DNA from: Vicugna vicugna
Lineage: Eukaryota
NCBI GenBank assembly: GCA_013265495.1
Contig: MU057880.1
Span: forward strand, 1,890,527-1,954,526
Direction: 5' to 3'
DNA length: 64,000 nucleotides
In this document: one piece after another, positions 41,555-53,266 of the stretch
How positions within the stretch are numbered: the stretch's first letter is position 1
Layout: each line of letters begins with the position of its first letter
Notes under the pieces: generated by a model
What the model was told of the DNA's origin: nothing
Database searches by the model: none
The model's input: only the letters and a program-made list of their open reading frames with translations
Position numbers and translations under genes: made by a program

Positions 41555-43355
41555 TAACTTTTAAAATTATTTGTTCTCATTCTGGGGAAAAGGCCATTGG
41601 TACTTTAATATAGATTGCACTGACTCTGTAGATTGCCTTGTGTAGTATGGTCACTTGAATATTAATTTTTCCAATCCAAGAACACAGTATATTTTCCATC
41701 TGTTTGGTCATCACATCGACATTTTCCTGGATGATTTCTTGTATTCCATCACCTTGATCATTTGTGAATTCTTCTGTATCACCTAGTCTACTGTTAATTC
41801 CTTCTGGTGTGTTTTTCATTTCAGTTACTGTATTCTTTAGTTCTGACTGGTTCTTTTAGATGTTTTTCTAGTTCCTTGTTCAAATTCTCACTGTGTTTAG
41901 CTATTCCTCTCCCTAATTCAATTAGCCTTCTTACTGCTAATGCTTTGAATTCTTTATCTGGTGAATTATTTTTGTTTTTTTTACGAGTTTTGTTCTTTCA
42001 ATTGAAACAAATTCTTCTGTCTTCTCATTCTGCTGAACTTTCTTTGTCTCTATGAAGCTAGGTGAAATAGTCACCTCTTCTGGTCTTTAAAGGTATCTTT
42101 GGGGGAGCCCCTCTACACAGTCCATGTGTGCCCACTGGCTTTGGTGGGAGAGCCGGGTCTGATGTGGGTGAGCATGAGTCACGTTTGGCCTGGAGTGCTG
42201 GCATCTACCACCTTGGTAGGAGGTGTGGCTGGGGTTGGAGGGGCTGGAGCCAGTGCCAGGTGTGAGCTGCAGCTTCTCTGCATCTCGGGAGCCTAGACCA
42301 TCCTACTGGGGGCAGGGTCAGACCCCCAGCTGTTGGAGCAGAAGCCCCGAGGGTTAGGTCTAAGCTGGCTCCATCCTCTCTAGGTGTGCACTGTTCCCTC
42401 CCAGCACTGGCACATCGCCCCCTATGGCAGCACAGCCACAGTGAGAGGATCTGGTGTGGGCACTCAGCCTGGGTTTGGGCATGGGCTGTGGTGGCCCCGG
42501 CCCCAGAGTCCCAGATTGCTCCTGATCTGCTGCCCCTATAAGTACCAGTAACAACCACCCTCACCCAGCTCAGATGCCATTCCAGGTCTGAGCCACCTCT
42601 GCCTCCATCCCTCACGACTGGTCGGGCAGCCCTTGCCCTCGTGTGGAGCTGTGTTGTGCAGCAAGCGGGGCTGAGTGGTCTCAGAAAACTGGCCGGAGTG
42701 CCCTGCAGTTTCAATCTGCTTCCTCCTCCTTGTTTAGGTATGCAGGAGGGTGCTCTTCATGAGGGAGCCTAGGTTCCTACAGCCATTCCGTTAGGATGTT
42801 AGTCCCCCTGGTTTTCAAGCCAGCCTAGAGGACCTGTCTTCCTGGTATCAAACCCTAGGGCCGGGGCACCCAGTACGTGGCTCAACCCTCACCTCCCCCA
42901 GGGAGGATCCCTACTCATGTAACCCCCACTTCTGTGCCCCCTCCCAAGGGCAGGCCCCTGGCTGATCACTTCTCTTCCCTTCCTGCCTGATTCCGTGTGG
43001 ATCTTTCTTACACCCTTAGTTGTAGAAGAGTCTTTCTGTCAGTCTCCAGTTAGTTTTCAGTGAGAATTGCTGCACATGTAGATGTATTTTTTCACTTTTT
43101 TTTTAACTGAAGTATAGTCAGTTACAATGTGTCAGTTTCTGGTGCACAGCATCATGTTCCAGTCATACATATACATACATATATTCATCTTCATATTCTT
43201 TTTCACCATAGGTTACTAAAAGATGTTGGATAGAGTCCCCTGTGCTGTACAGAAGGACCTTGTTGCTTATCTCTTGTAGATGTATTTTTGATGTGTTTGT
43301 GGGAGGAAGTGAGTCCTTCATCCTCCACTGCGTCTGCCATCTTGGTCTCAACCTC
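41555..43355 (-). mobile_element. Internally deleted L1 retaining 5'UTR, part of ORF1 and an ORF2 fragment
   Basis: Minus strand starts gaggttgagaccAAGATGGCagac (YY1 motif at the L1 5' end), followed by a GC-rich 5'UTR. ORF 41577-41819 joins ORF1-like MKNTPEGINSRL..EE to ORF2-like CSWIGKINI...KAIYR...IKVPMAF. Confidence 0.8.
43092..43274 (-). mobile_element. Younger L1 3' end nested in the L1 5'UTR, perfect 15-bp TSD
   Basis: tgtagatgtattttt at 43077-43091 and 43275-43289. Confidence 0.92.
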
Positions 43356-43891
43356 AATATAGTACGTTTGTAGCTGGAGTCGACAGCTTAACTCTAATCT
43401 CTCACTCTCCAGTGCTATCTTCTGCAGAACTTTTAACTCTGTATCATTCTGACTAATTCCATAAAAACAAGGAAAGAAAACTTGAAAACATTAGCCTACA
43501 AATCATGTCTTTGTATTGACTTTTCCCTTTCTGTTCATGGCACCATAACTATTGCAATCAATTGACTTTTGATACTTCAGAATACCTTTCCAGGTATGAG
43601 GAGACAGTATTTCGCGTGACAGGTAAGGTCCCTAATTATATGAAGCCTGTATAGTGTATTTCTTAAGTGTTTCTTGCACTTGAATGTTCTTTTTCTTTCT
43701 CCTTGGTTCTGTCAAACTAAACTCTTCCCCACCCCTCTCTCACCTTCCTCTAACTCATGTCCTTGTCTTGCTAGTCTTCCTAAAGAACACCACATAAAGG
43801 CATTCTCCAAGGATCAGTCTTCCAATCATTTATCTTCTCTTTTTACACTCTCTTAGTGGTCTCAGCCCTTTTAACAAAGTCAGATTCCATT

Positions 43892-43925
43892 TGTGTGTGT
43901 GTGTGTGTGTGCGTGTATATGTGTA
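43892..43925. repeat. (TG)n microsatellite
   Basis: Directly visible. Confidence 0.9.
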
Positions 43926-44349
43926 CAAATGTTTCCCAAGCCTGAATCATTACAACAATTATCTCCTTTATTTATTCACTGAGAAAATACACACTGAAAA
44001 TACATTGCATATTATTATGCAGCAAATATATCATCTGCTCTATATATGTATATATAGGACCATATATATTGTAAATGTATACTGCATATGATTAAATTTT
44101 AAATCATGTATTTTCATAAGAATTTCTTACCGATTTCTTTGCTAGTATGATTTTTAAGCTGAAATGTTAAATTATTTCAAGACCTCAAGTGTGAGCTTTC
44201 CAGAATAAAAAAAAAATGGAACAATGAAAAAGAAATGCATAAAATATCACTGTCTTACATTGTTTAAAATCCTGTAACTTTCATCTTAAATGCTAAACCC
44301 CATAAAAAAGTTACCATCCCGTATCCCAGGACCTTGGGCTTTGACCTTA

Positions 44350-44580
44350 GATGTGGCAGTTGAAGAGGCTATAAGTGAGAACAGCCAGGGATTGAACCCT
44401 GGCTTTGCTAGTTTCTACTTTGACTTGGTTGGGCAAGTTGTATATTTCATTCTGTCTCAGCTCAGCCAACTGTAAAAGATGGTAATAATATTACCCAATA
44501 TGTAACTTGGGATGGGACCATATGAAAGAAAAAAAAAAAAGCTGAAACAGTGCTGACAACTATTAGGCCCCAAATAAATC
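44350..44580 (+). mobile_element. MIR SINE
   Basis: gggattgaaccctggctttgc...ttgggcaagttg...tctgtctcag...ctgtaaaagatggtaataata. Confidence 0.65.
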
Positions 44581-44689
44581 TCTCGTGACCTCCCTTCTTA
44601 TAGCCCATGTTGTTATTAACTGTTTATTCATCGTGCACCAGGATTTTATTCATCCATTTCCTTTAGCACAAAATTCACCCATTCTCTAA

Positions 44690-44860
44690 GACAAGAGTTC
44701 GTGTGTAGCACAGGGGAGCTATGTTCAATACCTTGTAGTAACCTAGAAGGAGAAAGAATATGAAAACAAATATATATATGTGTATGTGTGACTGAACTAC
44801 GATGCTGGACACCAGACATTAACATGACGTTGCAAACTGACTATACTTCAATAAAAACAA
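44690..44860 (+). mobile_element. Lineage-specific L1 3' end
   Basis: tagcacaggggagctatgttcaataccttgtagtaacc...actgactatacttcaataaaa. Confidence 0.85.
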
Positions 44861-45646
44861 TCAAACCCATCTTTTCTCCCCTTTCTTTACCCTCAGAGTG
44901 CAAACCGTCACCACACACTGCCCATGCGACATCTCAAATTCTATACTCGCCAGCTCTGCTGACAGTCCTTAATGCAGCCTTTAACCATTTACTGACTAGT
45001 CACTGCAGTGACCTCCCCAACAGCCCCTTTTATCGCGACAGATAGAACACTCCTGCTGAGAGCCATCACTGGGTTCCCATTGCCCAGAGAATGAAGTGCA
45101 CTCCAGCGCTCGGGTGGCACCTGCTCTGCGTGGTCTGAGTCACATGCCTCTCCTGCACGTGACCCTAGAGCAATCTGTGTGTCTGCGGATCAGCCAGAGT
45201 GAGACGTGCCTAGCTCTGCCCTTGAACTCTGAGCTAAGTGAGAACAGAGAATGAAGTGTTATTTCTAAGGCACAGCCCAACGTCATGTAATTAGATACCA
45301 ACACTTCCCTGGAACTGCCCTACCTACCGTCAACTGAACGTGATTCTCCCTGATTGTGAGTCCTGCGTGCACTCTGCCCTTACCTCCCTCGTGACTTGAA
45401 GCGCTGTATGTTTGAGTGCGTGTGCACATGTGTGGGGGCCGGTGGGGGGTGAATCTGTGACCTCCTGGTGAGCAGGAATCCATGTGACAGCAGGAGAGGC
45501 ACCTGAACTGGAAGCCCAGCTCCATCCTTCCCTGACCACCTGGCAGAGGGGCCTCTCAGCCTGAGCCCGCGTTTCCTAACCTGTGCAATGAGAATACTGA
45601 TTCCTTCCCTGCCTGCCTTGCAGGAATTCCTTCACGTTTAAATTAG

Positions 45647-46021
45647 TTAACAGACACCGTACAGCACAGGGAACTATATTCAACATCTTGTAGTCACCTA
45701 GAATGGAAAAGAAGCTGAAAATGAATATATGTATGTACGTGTACAACTGAAACGTGATGCTGCTGCACATCAGAAATTGACACAACATTGTAAACTGACT
45801 ACACTTCAATTAAAGATAAATAAATACGAGGGGGGAGGGTATAGCTCAGTGATAGAGTGCATGCTTAGCATGCATGAGGTCCTGGGTTCAATCCCCCGTC
45901 CCTCCATTAGAAACAAACAAATAAATAAATAAACCTAATTACCTGCCCCCCCAAAATAAAATAAAATAAAATAAAAATTTTTTAAAGATAAATAAATACA
46001 TAAAATAAAATAAAATAAACA
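45647..46021 (+). mobile_element. L1 3' end whose A-tail carries a SINE insertion
   Basis: gtacagcacagggaactatattcaacatcttg...actacacttcaatt; possible TSD taaattag (45639-45646 / 46022-46029). Confidence 0.85.
45828..45981 (+). mobile_element. tRNA-Ala-derived SINE (vic-1-like) with TSD
   Basis: ggggagggtatagctcagtgatagagtgcatgcttagcatgcatgaggtcctgggttcaatcccc; ttaaagataaataaatac at 45810-45827 and 45982-45999. Confidence 0.92.
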
Positions 46022-46951
46022 TAAATTAGACAATAGAGAAGTGCTGGGGGAAATACAAATCATGAAATAAATGCATGAATGACAACAAACCGAAGCATCA
46101 TGATTTGTGTGTTGTCTGCAACACCCAATTTAGGCATTTTCACAAGTCTGTTATTAAATATTTGTGGAATGAATACATGATCTCAACTAACTGTGTAACA
46201 AGGGTATAAAACCAGTTCTAATGATGAAATTTCACTTCTGTTGACCCTGGGGTATTTCTGAAATCACAGCATAACGATATTTTCTTCCTTCACTATCAGA
46301 TTGCACAAAATTTAATCTACCATTTTTGTAGTGGGAAAAAAACCCGCAGTTATTACTCCGAGAAGATAATCTTCAGAATATTCATGAAATCTTATTACTT
46401 TAAGCTTTCAAAATGTATTTGATGTGTGGAAAAGTTGTACCAAGAGAAGTGAAGTTACTAACCTGAAAAAAATACATAGGGCAGGATGCAACTGAAAACC
46501 TAAAGGAAAAAGTCAACTTCTTTGTCGTGAATATTCAGCCAATGACACATTCTGCCCTTGGAAACACCCTCAGGTAGCAAGACAACCTCAAATGTCTTAG
46601 TTACATAAGTCAGTGGAGTAACTCAAGCCTGAACACTTAGCATAAGCAACATCTATTCCTTTCACAAGTGTACTTGCTGGAACCCGTGGGATATGGAACA
46701 TTCGGTTTCCATATAAAAATTTCGGAGGATGTTAAATATGGAACCGTAATTCTTTCAGTCTTGGAGAATTGAGGTAAATTGATATACTCTTCTCATAATG
46801 GAAAGGGGTAAAACTGCCTACTTTCCATTGGCGGTATTATTTTAAAATGTAGATATCCATGGGGGCACCTTCTTTTCCCATCAATTGACAGAAAGATTTC
46901 ACTCTCGGGAGCTGAGAATTCAGCACCTCTCATAAAACTCACATCTCTTTA

Positions 46952-47020
46952 CGCGGGAAGGGGTATAACTCAGTGGTAGAGGGTGTGCTTAGCATGCACG
47001 AGGTCCCGGGTTCAATCCAA
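46952..47020 (+). mobile_element. 3'-truncated (tailless) tRNA-Ala/SINE retrocopy with TSD
   Basis: ggggtataactcagtggtagagggtgtgcttagcatgcacgaggtcccgggttcaatcc; flanks aaaactcacatctcttta / aaaattctcatctcttta (16/18). Confidence 0.85.
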
Positions 47021-48357
47021 AAAATTCTCATCTCTTTAAAAACCTACACGTGTCCCTCAGAGGCCAGCATGGTTCCGGGGATAGACACTCAGTTTACAGC
47101 AAGCGCCTGAAATGCTAAATGATCCAAAGACATCATGGAGAATAATAAACATTCACCGCAATGACATTTTCTATAAACGGCCTCACTGATGATTTTTCCC
47201 CGTAGCCCTGCCACAAATCATTACTATGAGAAATTACTCCTCCTTTGCATAGATTCTTATTCCATTTTTCATCCAAATACTAAATCTGGTAGAGCAGCGA
47301 CCCTCGGGAATCGAGAACTATGAAGTTGTAATACCACATTTTTCTTCCCCCTCCCAGACATCCATCCTCCCTGACCTCTGCACTGTGTTTGCTGAGTGAG
47401 GTGAAATGTCCTAAGTTTATGGCTGCGGCCCGCATTATTTGCAGCTTGAAAAAAAAATCTATAACGTTTATTCTGGTTTCATTCATCACCTAGGGAGAGC
47501 AAGCAACAGCAGAACAGGCAGTAATAGGCAATAACTCTCAAGTGAATTTTAATGATGGGTTCTGGACACGTAAATGAAAGAGAATTATCTCTGTTTATAC
47601 AAGATGCTAGTTTAAAAAAGACACTCCCATTCTTCATCCCATGGGCACGTATTTGCCCCTCATAAACACACAGAGTTCTCTCCCCTGTGGATTCTTGCTT
47701 AACTCGTGCTTTGTGTCAGTCCTGAGCCCCGCATCTCTGATGCCATGTGATGGGTGAAGCAGGCCGGTCCTCACGTCTGGAGGCCTGGCTTCTAACTCCA
47801 GCTGTGACACCAGCCACCTGTATGTTTCTGGCTAACAGCAGCTCTCAAAGGCCTCCGGGCCCCCAAAGGTCCCACTGAGCTCTCAGTCGGGCCCAAGCAG
47901 CCAAACAGTGAAGAGAAATTCTACACAGTGTCAGGGAGGGCGTGTTTGTTACTCATCACATATGCACTCATGGAAAATGAGTGTGCGACGCAACACAATT
48001 TCTCAGGTTAATTTCTACCATTCTCTGCCTGCTTTATTTGTCTTTTTCCTTTTCCTCTTCTTTCTTTTTATAGCTTTCTCCTTTCCTCTTGTCCAGTTTC
48101 CTTCTTCAACTGTTTTACTTTTCTACTTCATGTGCATGGCTACTTTAAGCTACTGGGATTTCCTCCGCTCCACTCCTCATCACAATGCCTCAAGAAATGT
48201 CTTCTCTCTTACCTGACCATCATTAAAGTGTACAAATTTGAAGGACCTTATTTTTTACCAAATATGGATTTGATGATATTTCAGCCCAAAGAAACATGTT
48301 AACTTTGAGGATTAAAAGCCTACATTTAAAAATATAATTGAAATAGAATTATATATA

Positions 48358-48580
48358 TTTTTATTGAAGTACAGTCAGTTACAACGCATCAATTTCTGGT
48401 GTGCAGCACAATGTCCCAGTCATGCATATACATACATATATTCATTTTCATATTATTTTTCATTAAAATTATTACAAGATATTGAATATAGTTCCCTGTG
48501 CTGTACAGAAGAAACTTGGCTTTTTAATCTGTTTTTATATATAGTGGCTAATATTTGCAAATCTCAAACTCCCAAATTTT
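48358..48580 (-). mobile_element. Lineage-specific L1 3' end
   Basis: tttttattgaagtacagtcagttacaa...gaatatagttccctgtgctgtacag...atttgcaaatctcaaactccc. Confidence 0.88.
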
Positions 48581-49319
48581 AATATAACATAAAAATGCTT
48601 TTAAAATGGAAATGCTTTTAAAAAAACCAAAATTTTTTTAATTTAAAAAATTTTTAAAATAGAAAAAAATTATTGAAAAATTAGAAGATTTCTACTTAAA
48701 AGGATTTTTCTTAAAGTGGCATGCCAAAAAGTGACTGATTTTATAGCCTTACTCGTATGGATGCTCCCACATCAGATCCTACAGCCCTCTTGCTTTTGAA
48801 GGCTCAGCATTCCTGAGGCTTCCATGGGACCTTCCTGCTGGTCAGTCAGAGGGTTTCTATCTACATGCCCAGCACGTCTGTGGTCACTCATTAAGGTTTA
48901 TTGAAGGGGTAAACATTTTTTGAATATCATGTAAGGAGCCATTGTGTGGATGTACTTAGAAACTCTCTAGGCATCCCTAAATTGCTAAGTACCTGGAGGA
49001 ATTATCAGCACAGTGGACTCAGCTTGGTGCCTGGGTTGGCAGCAGCCTCATGACCTAGCGTTTGGGGAGGGAGCAGGGTGCTCTGCTCGGATGTTGTCCT
49101 AAGGGTCTCCCAGCTGCTTGGATACACCTTCATCAAAAAAAGGAGCAAGGACAGAACTGATGGTGTGAAAAGCATTCCCTCAGGAGGATTCATATTTACT
49201 GATGTTCCAGCCCTTCCACTTATCTTAATAACATAAATTAAATGTTTATGACACAAAAGTAACAAGAATAAACACAAATGAGTTACAACACGTATATTCA
49301 TTCAAAGGCTACAATTTCC

Positions 49320-51200
49320 CTTCATGCCCCACTTTTCCCAGAGGCCGCCCTGGTTAGCAGCCATTTGGTGGGCTCACTTCCACACTTGTGGTTCCAATTA
49401 GGGTTGATTTTGTTTGTCTGTTTTTGTGTTTGTCATGTTTTCAATCAATGAGACCACAGGACAATTGTCTTGTGAATCGCTTTGACAACTGACACAGAAA
49501 TTGCCACGCTGGTAGAGACGTCGTTCACTCTTTTAAACAACTACTTATTATTCCCTGGCTTTGATATATCATCACTGCACTAATATTCTCTGACTGAGGT
49601 ATTTAGATGGTCATAAATTTTTGCAACTACAAACAAGGCTGCAGCAACACGTCAGTACACGTGTCTTTGGACACTTATGCTAAGATTTCTGCAGGACAGA
49701 TTATTAAAAGTGGAATTGCTTGGTCGAACTTAATGCTGATAAAATGAATCCTTGCTATCAAATTACCACCCAAAGACAGGGTACCAATCCACACTCCCAT
49801 CACAATAAGATAAATTCTTTGCTTTTTTTTCCAAAGTGTTCTTCACCTATAGTGGATATTTTCAACCTCTAACTTACTCGTGTAATGTGTAAAAACAGCA
49901 TTTCATGGTTGCTTTAATAATGGCGACTTATATTTTTGAACCCTTGTGGTAGAAGGCATTACCCTTAGGCTTTTCTTTGTCATGTATTAGCTCTTTTAAA
50001 ATTCAGAATATTCTAATATCATCCACATTTTACAGATGAAAAAACTTGAAAATGAGTTACGTAATTTTCTAAGATAACACCTCTAGAAAATGGTAGAGGG
50101 GGTGTCAAACACAGGTGTCCTGATGCCAGAGAGAGAAAAATTGGTGTTTCCATTAATATTAGTAAGAAAGTGCATCTATATTTATATTTTCCTTTTTTAA
50201 CTATTCCTATATTTTGCATATTTTTCTTATTAAATTCCTATTTAAATTTTGATTTTTAATCTTCTTTATACATTAAACTTATATTTTTTCTTCCTTTTTC
50301 TTTCGTCTTTTACTTCGCTTATAATGACACCTGTAACCAAATTCTCAGTCTTTTCTCTGATGATGCCTAGATTTTGTGTCTCATGTAATAAGGACTTCCC
50401 ATCCTAATTATTTCCAAAATATTTTTATGTTTGTTTTCATAATCATCCTTTTATGACTCACTCTTCTAATATTGATACTTGGATTTTATGCATAGGAGAA
50501 ATTCAGCTTTTTTTCCACATAGATATTCAATTTTTTAAGCCCTTTAATTTACATATTGATTTCCCCTTAGTTTTGTATCATATTCTAATCTATTGCAGTA
50601 ACTGTTAATTCCTCTGAAAGACAAAAGCTGAGGTCTATTTCTGAAGAAGAAAATGTGTTTTAATTACCACGCATTTTTGAAATAACTATTGTTTTCAGTG
50701 TCATTTTGCAAAGCTTCCCTCTCTCTTGATTTAGATTTTTTTTCCAAATTTTGGTTAGGCTTGGATTGAAACATAAATTAATTAGCAGAGGTTAACATTT
50801 ACAACAGCCATTTTATAGCCAACCTCTGTTGACTGAGAACTGTTTTATGATTTTCAGTGAAGTTTTACACTTTTATTCATACCTTACACACTTCTTATTA
50901 GGTTTGTCCCTAGATATTTTATGGCTTTATTACTATTGTTATCAGAATTTTATTCTTCATATTTTTTATTTTAGCTATTGCTAGGACCTAATAAAGCTAT
51001 TGCCTTTAAAATGATACCTTTATGACTAGTGATGTCACTAAAGGCTTTAAACAGTTCTATGAGCTTTTGTTTGATTCTCTTGGATTCTACTATGTGGAAA
51101 AAAATTTTATTTTTTGCTAAAAATTTTATTCAACTCACCTTTGATCATTTTAATTTGAGAAATCATTTCCTCTTAATTTGTATTTCTATTCCATTTCTTC
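49320..51200 (-). mobile_element. Fragmented ancient L1ME-type relic, with an internal MIR fragment at ~49940-50130
   Basis: ttttgcaactacaaacaaggctgcagcaacac...aaaagtggaattgcttggtc; cacttcttattaggtttgtccctagatatttt. MIR: atccacattttacagatgaaaaaact. Confidence 0.6.
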
Positions 51201-53244
51201 AAATAATAATAAATTAAAAAGTATACCATTAATCTGGTTTCCATGCAATGAAAATTGAGTGAGAATTTGAATAATGATCTGATGTATTTCAGCACTGTAT
51301 ATAATGAAACTCTTGTATACAGTCCATAATTCTTCCTTCTCCATAACATAATGGCCTTTTAAAAGCCTATATTTTGTATGAATGATTGTTTCGACTTTCC
51401 GCTTCACTTAACTGTGTGGCCCGTAAAGAATGAAAAAAAAAATAGGAGGAAATATAATGCAATTTACATAACATCAATATTTAGTCATTATCAATATGGT
51501 TCTGTGATTATTTACACCCTATTCCCAGCACACCATAGTTGCAACAAAGGCAAAGGAAAAAATAATTAGCCAAGCAATAATTCTCCTCTAATAAAGGCCA
51601 GAATTTGGAGCAAAACTATTCAGAGGGATGAAAGGAGGTGGACAAGAAATGAATGGCTGAGAAGAGGCATTCTGGAAGAGGGCAGAGGGCACGGGGTAAA
51701 TTAGTATTGCAGTAACTGTTTAATTCCTATAAAAGACACAGCTGAAAAAATAGAAATGAGGAGATAATAGCTAATGGCAAGGAACGATACTGACATTGTA
51801 TATATCTGATGCTTTGCAGCATGAGTTACTTCAGCCACATGTGGTTACTGAAAGTAGGCTCACATGACTTCAGTGATAGCCATCATTTCAAAGACACCCA
51901 AATGAGGGGATGTCTTGTTCTGGAGAACACATGTAACCTTGAACGTAAATCACAGAGTCGACTGAAGATGTGGCAATCGGAAGGTGGCTAAATTGAATGC
52001 AAGTGGTGGAGAAATAAAACTGAAGCAAAAATCCCTACTGGTGTCTGATCTGCGCAGTTTGCCTGCTGGCCTTTGTTAGAGCTACCAGAGTTGCAGGGTC
52101 CCCAGGAGATGACGTAGCGGGGCAAACAAGCCGGGAGAATCAGATCTTCTCAAATCAGTCCTCAAGGAATCAAAGAATATGTTCCAATGTCAAAATGTAT
52201 CAAGAACAAAGTTATAGTACATTTTGTACTTCAGTAAGGATGACAGTGGATCGTCTGTCAGTGGGAACGATACAAAGTCAGTCCTGGCACCAAAGTGCAG
52301 TAAACTAAGGGATACCCTCTGAACCAGGACACACACAAAACTGCTAGCTTATTCCTGTGAAATCATTCCTTCCGGGGTATCGCGGTGGAAAGCAGTGATA
52401 TGGCCAGCCAAGGCTGGTGTTCTACGAATGCTAATCCTGCAGAGCATCCAAGACAATATGAACATTGATGAAGCAGCTACACACGCGTGCATAAGTACAA
52501 CTTTATTTTACGCCACATATTTCATGCCCTCAAAGACTCAGAAACCAGCATAGGACCAAGCACAATTATTCGGCGATTTGCTAGAACTTTGTCACATTAT
52601 CTGTTAAACTGATACAGTATTTTTCATAGGGTGAAATCCCCCTTAGTGTAAACTGGTGTGCTGTCCGGAGTGGAGCTCACACCACTCCGCAGCCAGAATC
52701 TACGCTTGCACTGTAACAAAAAGGAAGTCTGGGAAATGAGTACAGTGAGTCGTGATCATCATTCTTTGAAGTCCTAGCCAAGACTTAGATAAAAATTCAG
52801 TGCCGGGCACTCTCAGGGCTGATGTATATCAAGTTACCTAATCGTCCCAAGAACCCACAGGCTGGGAAGTTACGTCTCCCAAGTTCCAGCAGCCAGTGGT
52901 GGTGGAGCAAGAATTTGAACCCACCTACGTTGAAACTAACTAGAACATGTCACTCGAGAAACCATGGGAAACACACTGCAGTAAACGAGAAGATGAATTC
53001 CAGAGTCGTGACAGATGTCCCAAGTGAAACAGGTATTAGGGAAAGTAATCTCTCCAGCCTCTCAATTATTCAGTCAATATTTAGCCACTATCAATATGGT
53101 TCTATAATTATTCAGCACACCACAGGTGCTGCAAGGCAGAGGAAAAATACTTAGCCAAACAATAATTCTGCGGGTTTTCTAATTCTATTTTCTAACATAT
53201 AATTTCTATTTTCTAACAATATATTTTTAGTATGTGGATCTACA

Positions 53245-53266
53245 GTGTGTGTGTGTGTGTGTGTGT
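53245..53266. repeat. (TG)n microsatellite
   Basis: Directly visible. Confidence 0.9.

Noticed and set aside
42205..42714. 169-aa minus-strand ORF
   Set aside because: Lies in the GC-rich L1 5'UTR and shows no protein-like similarity.
45085..45258. 14-bp direct repeat cagagaatgaagtg as a TSD around a 146-bp insert
   Set aside because: The enclosed sequence has no poly(A) or terminal repeats, and the flanks look like unrelated old repeat fragments; an insertion cannot be supported.
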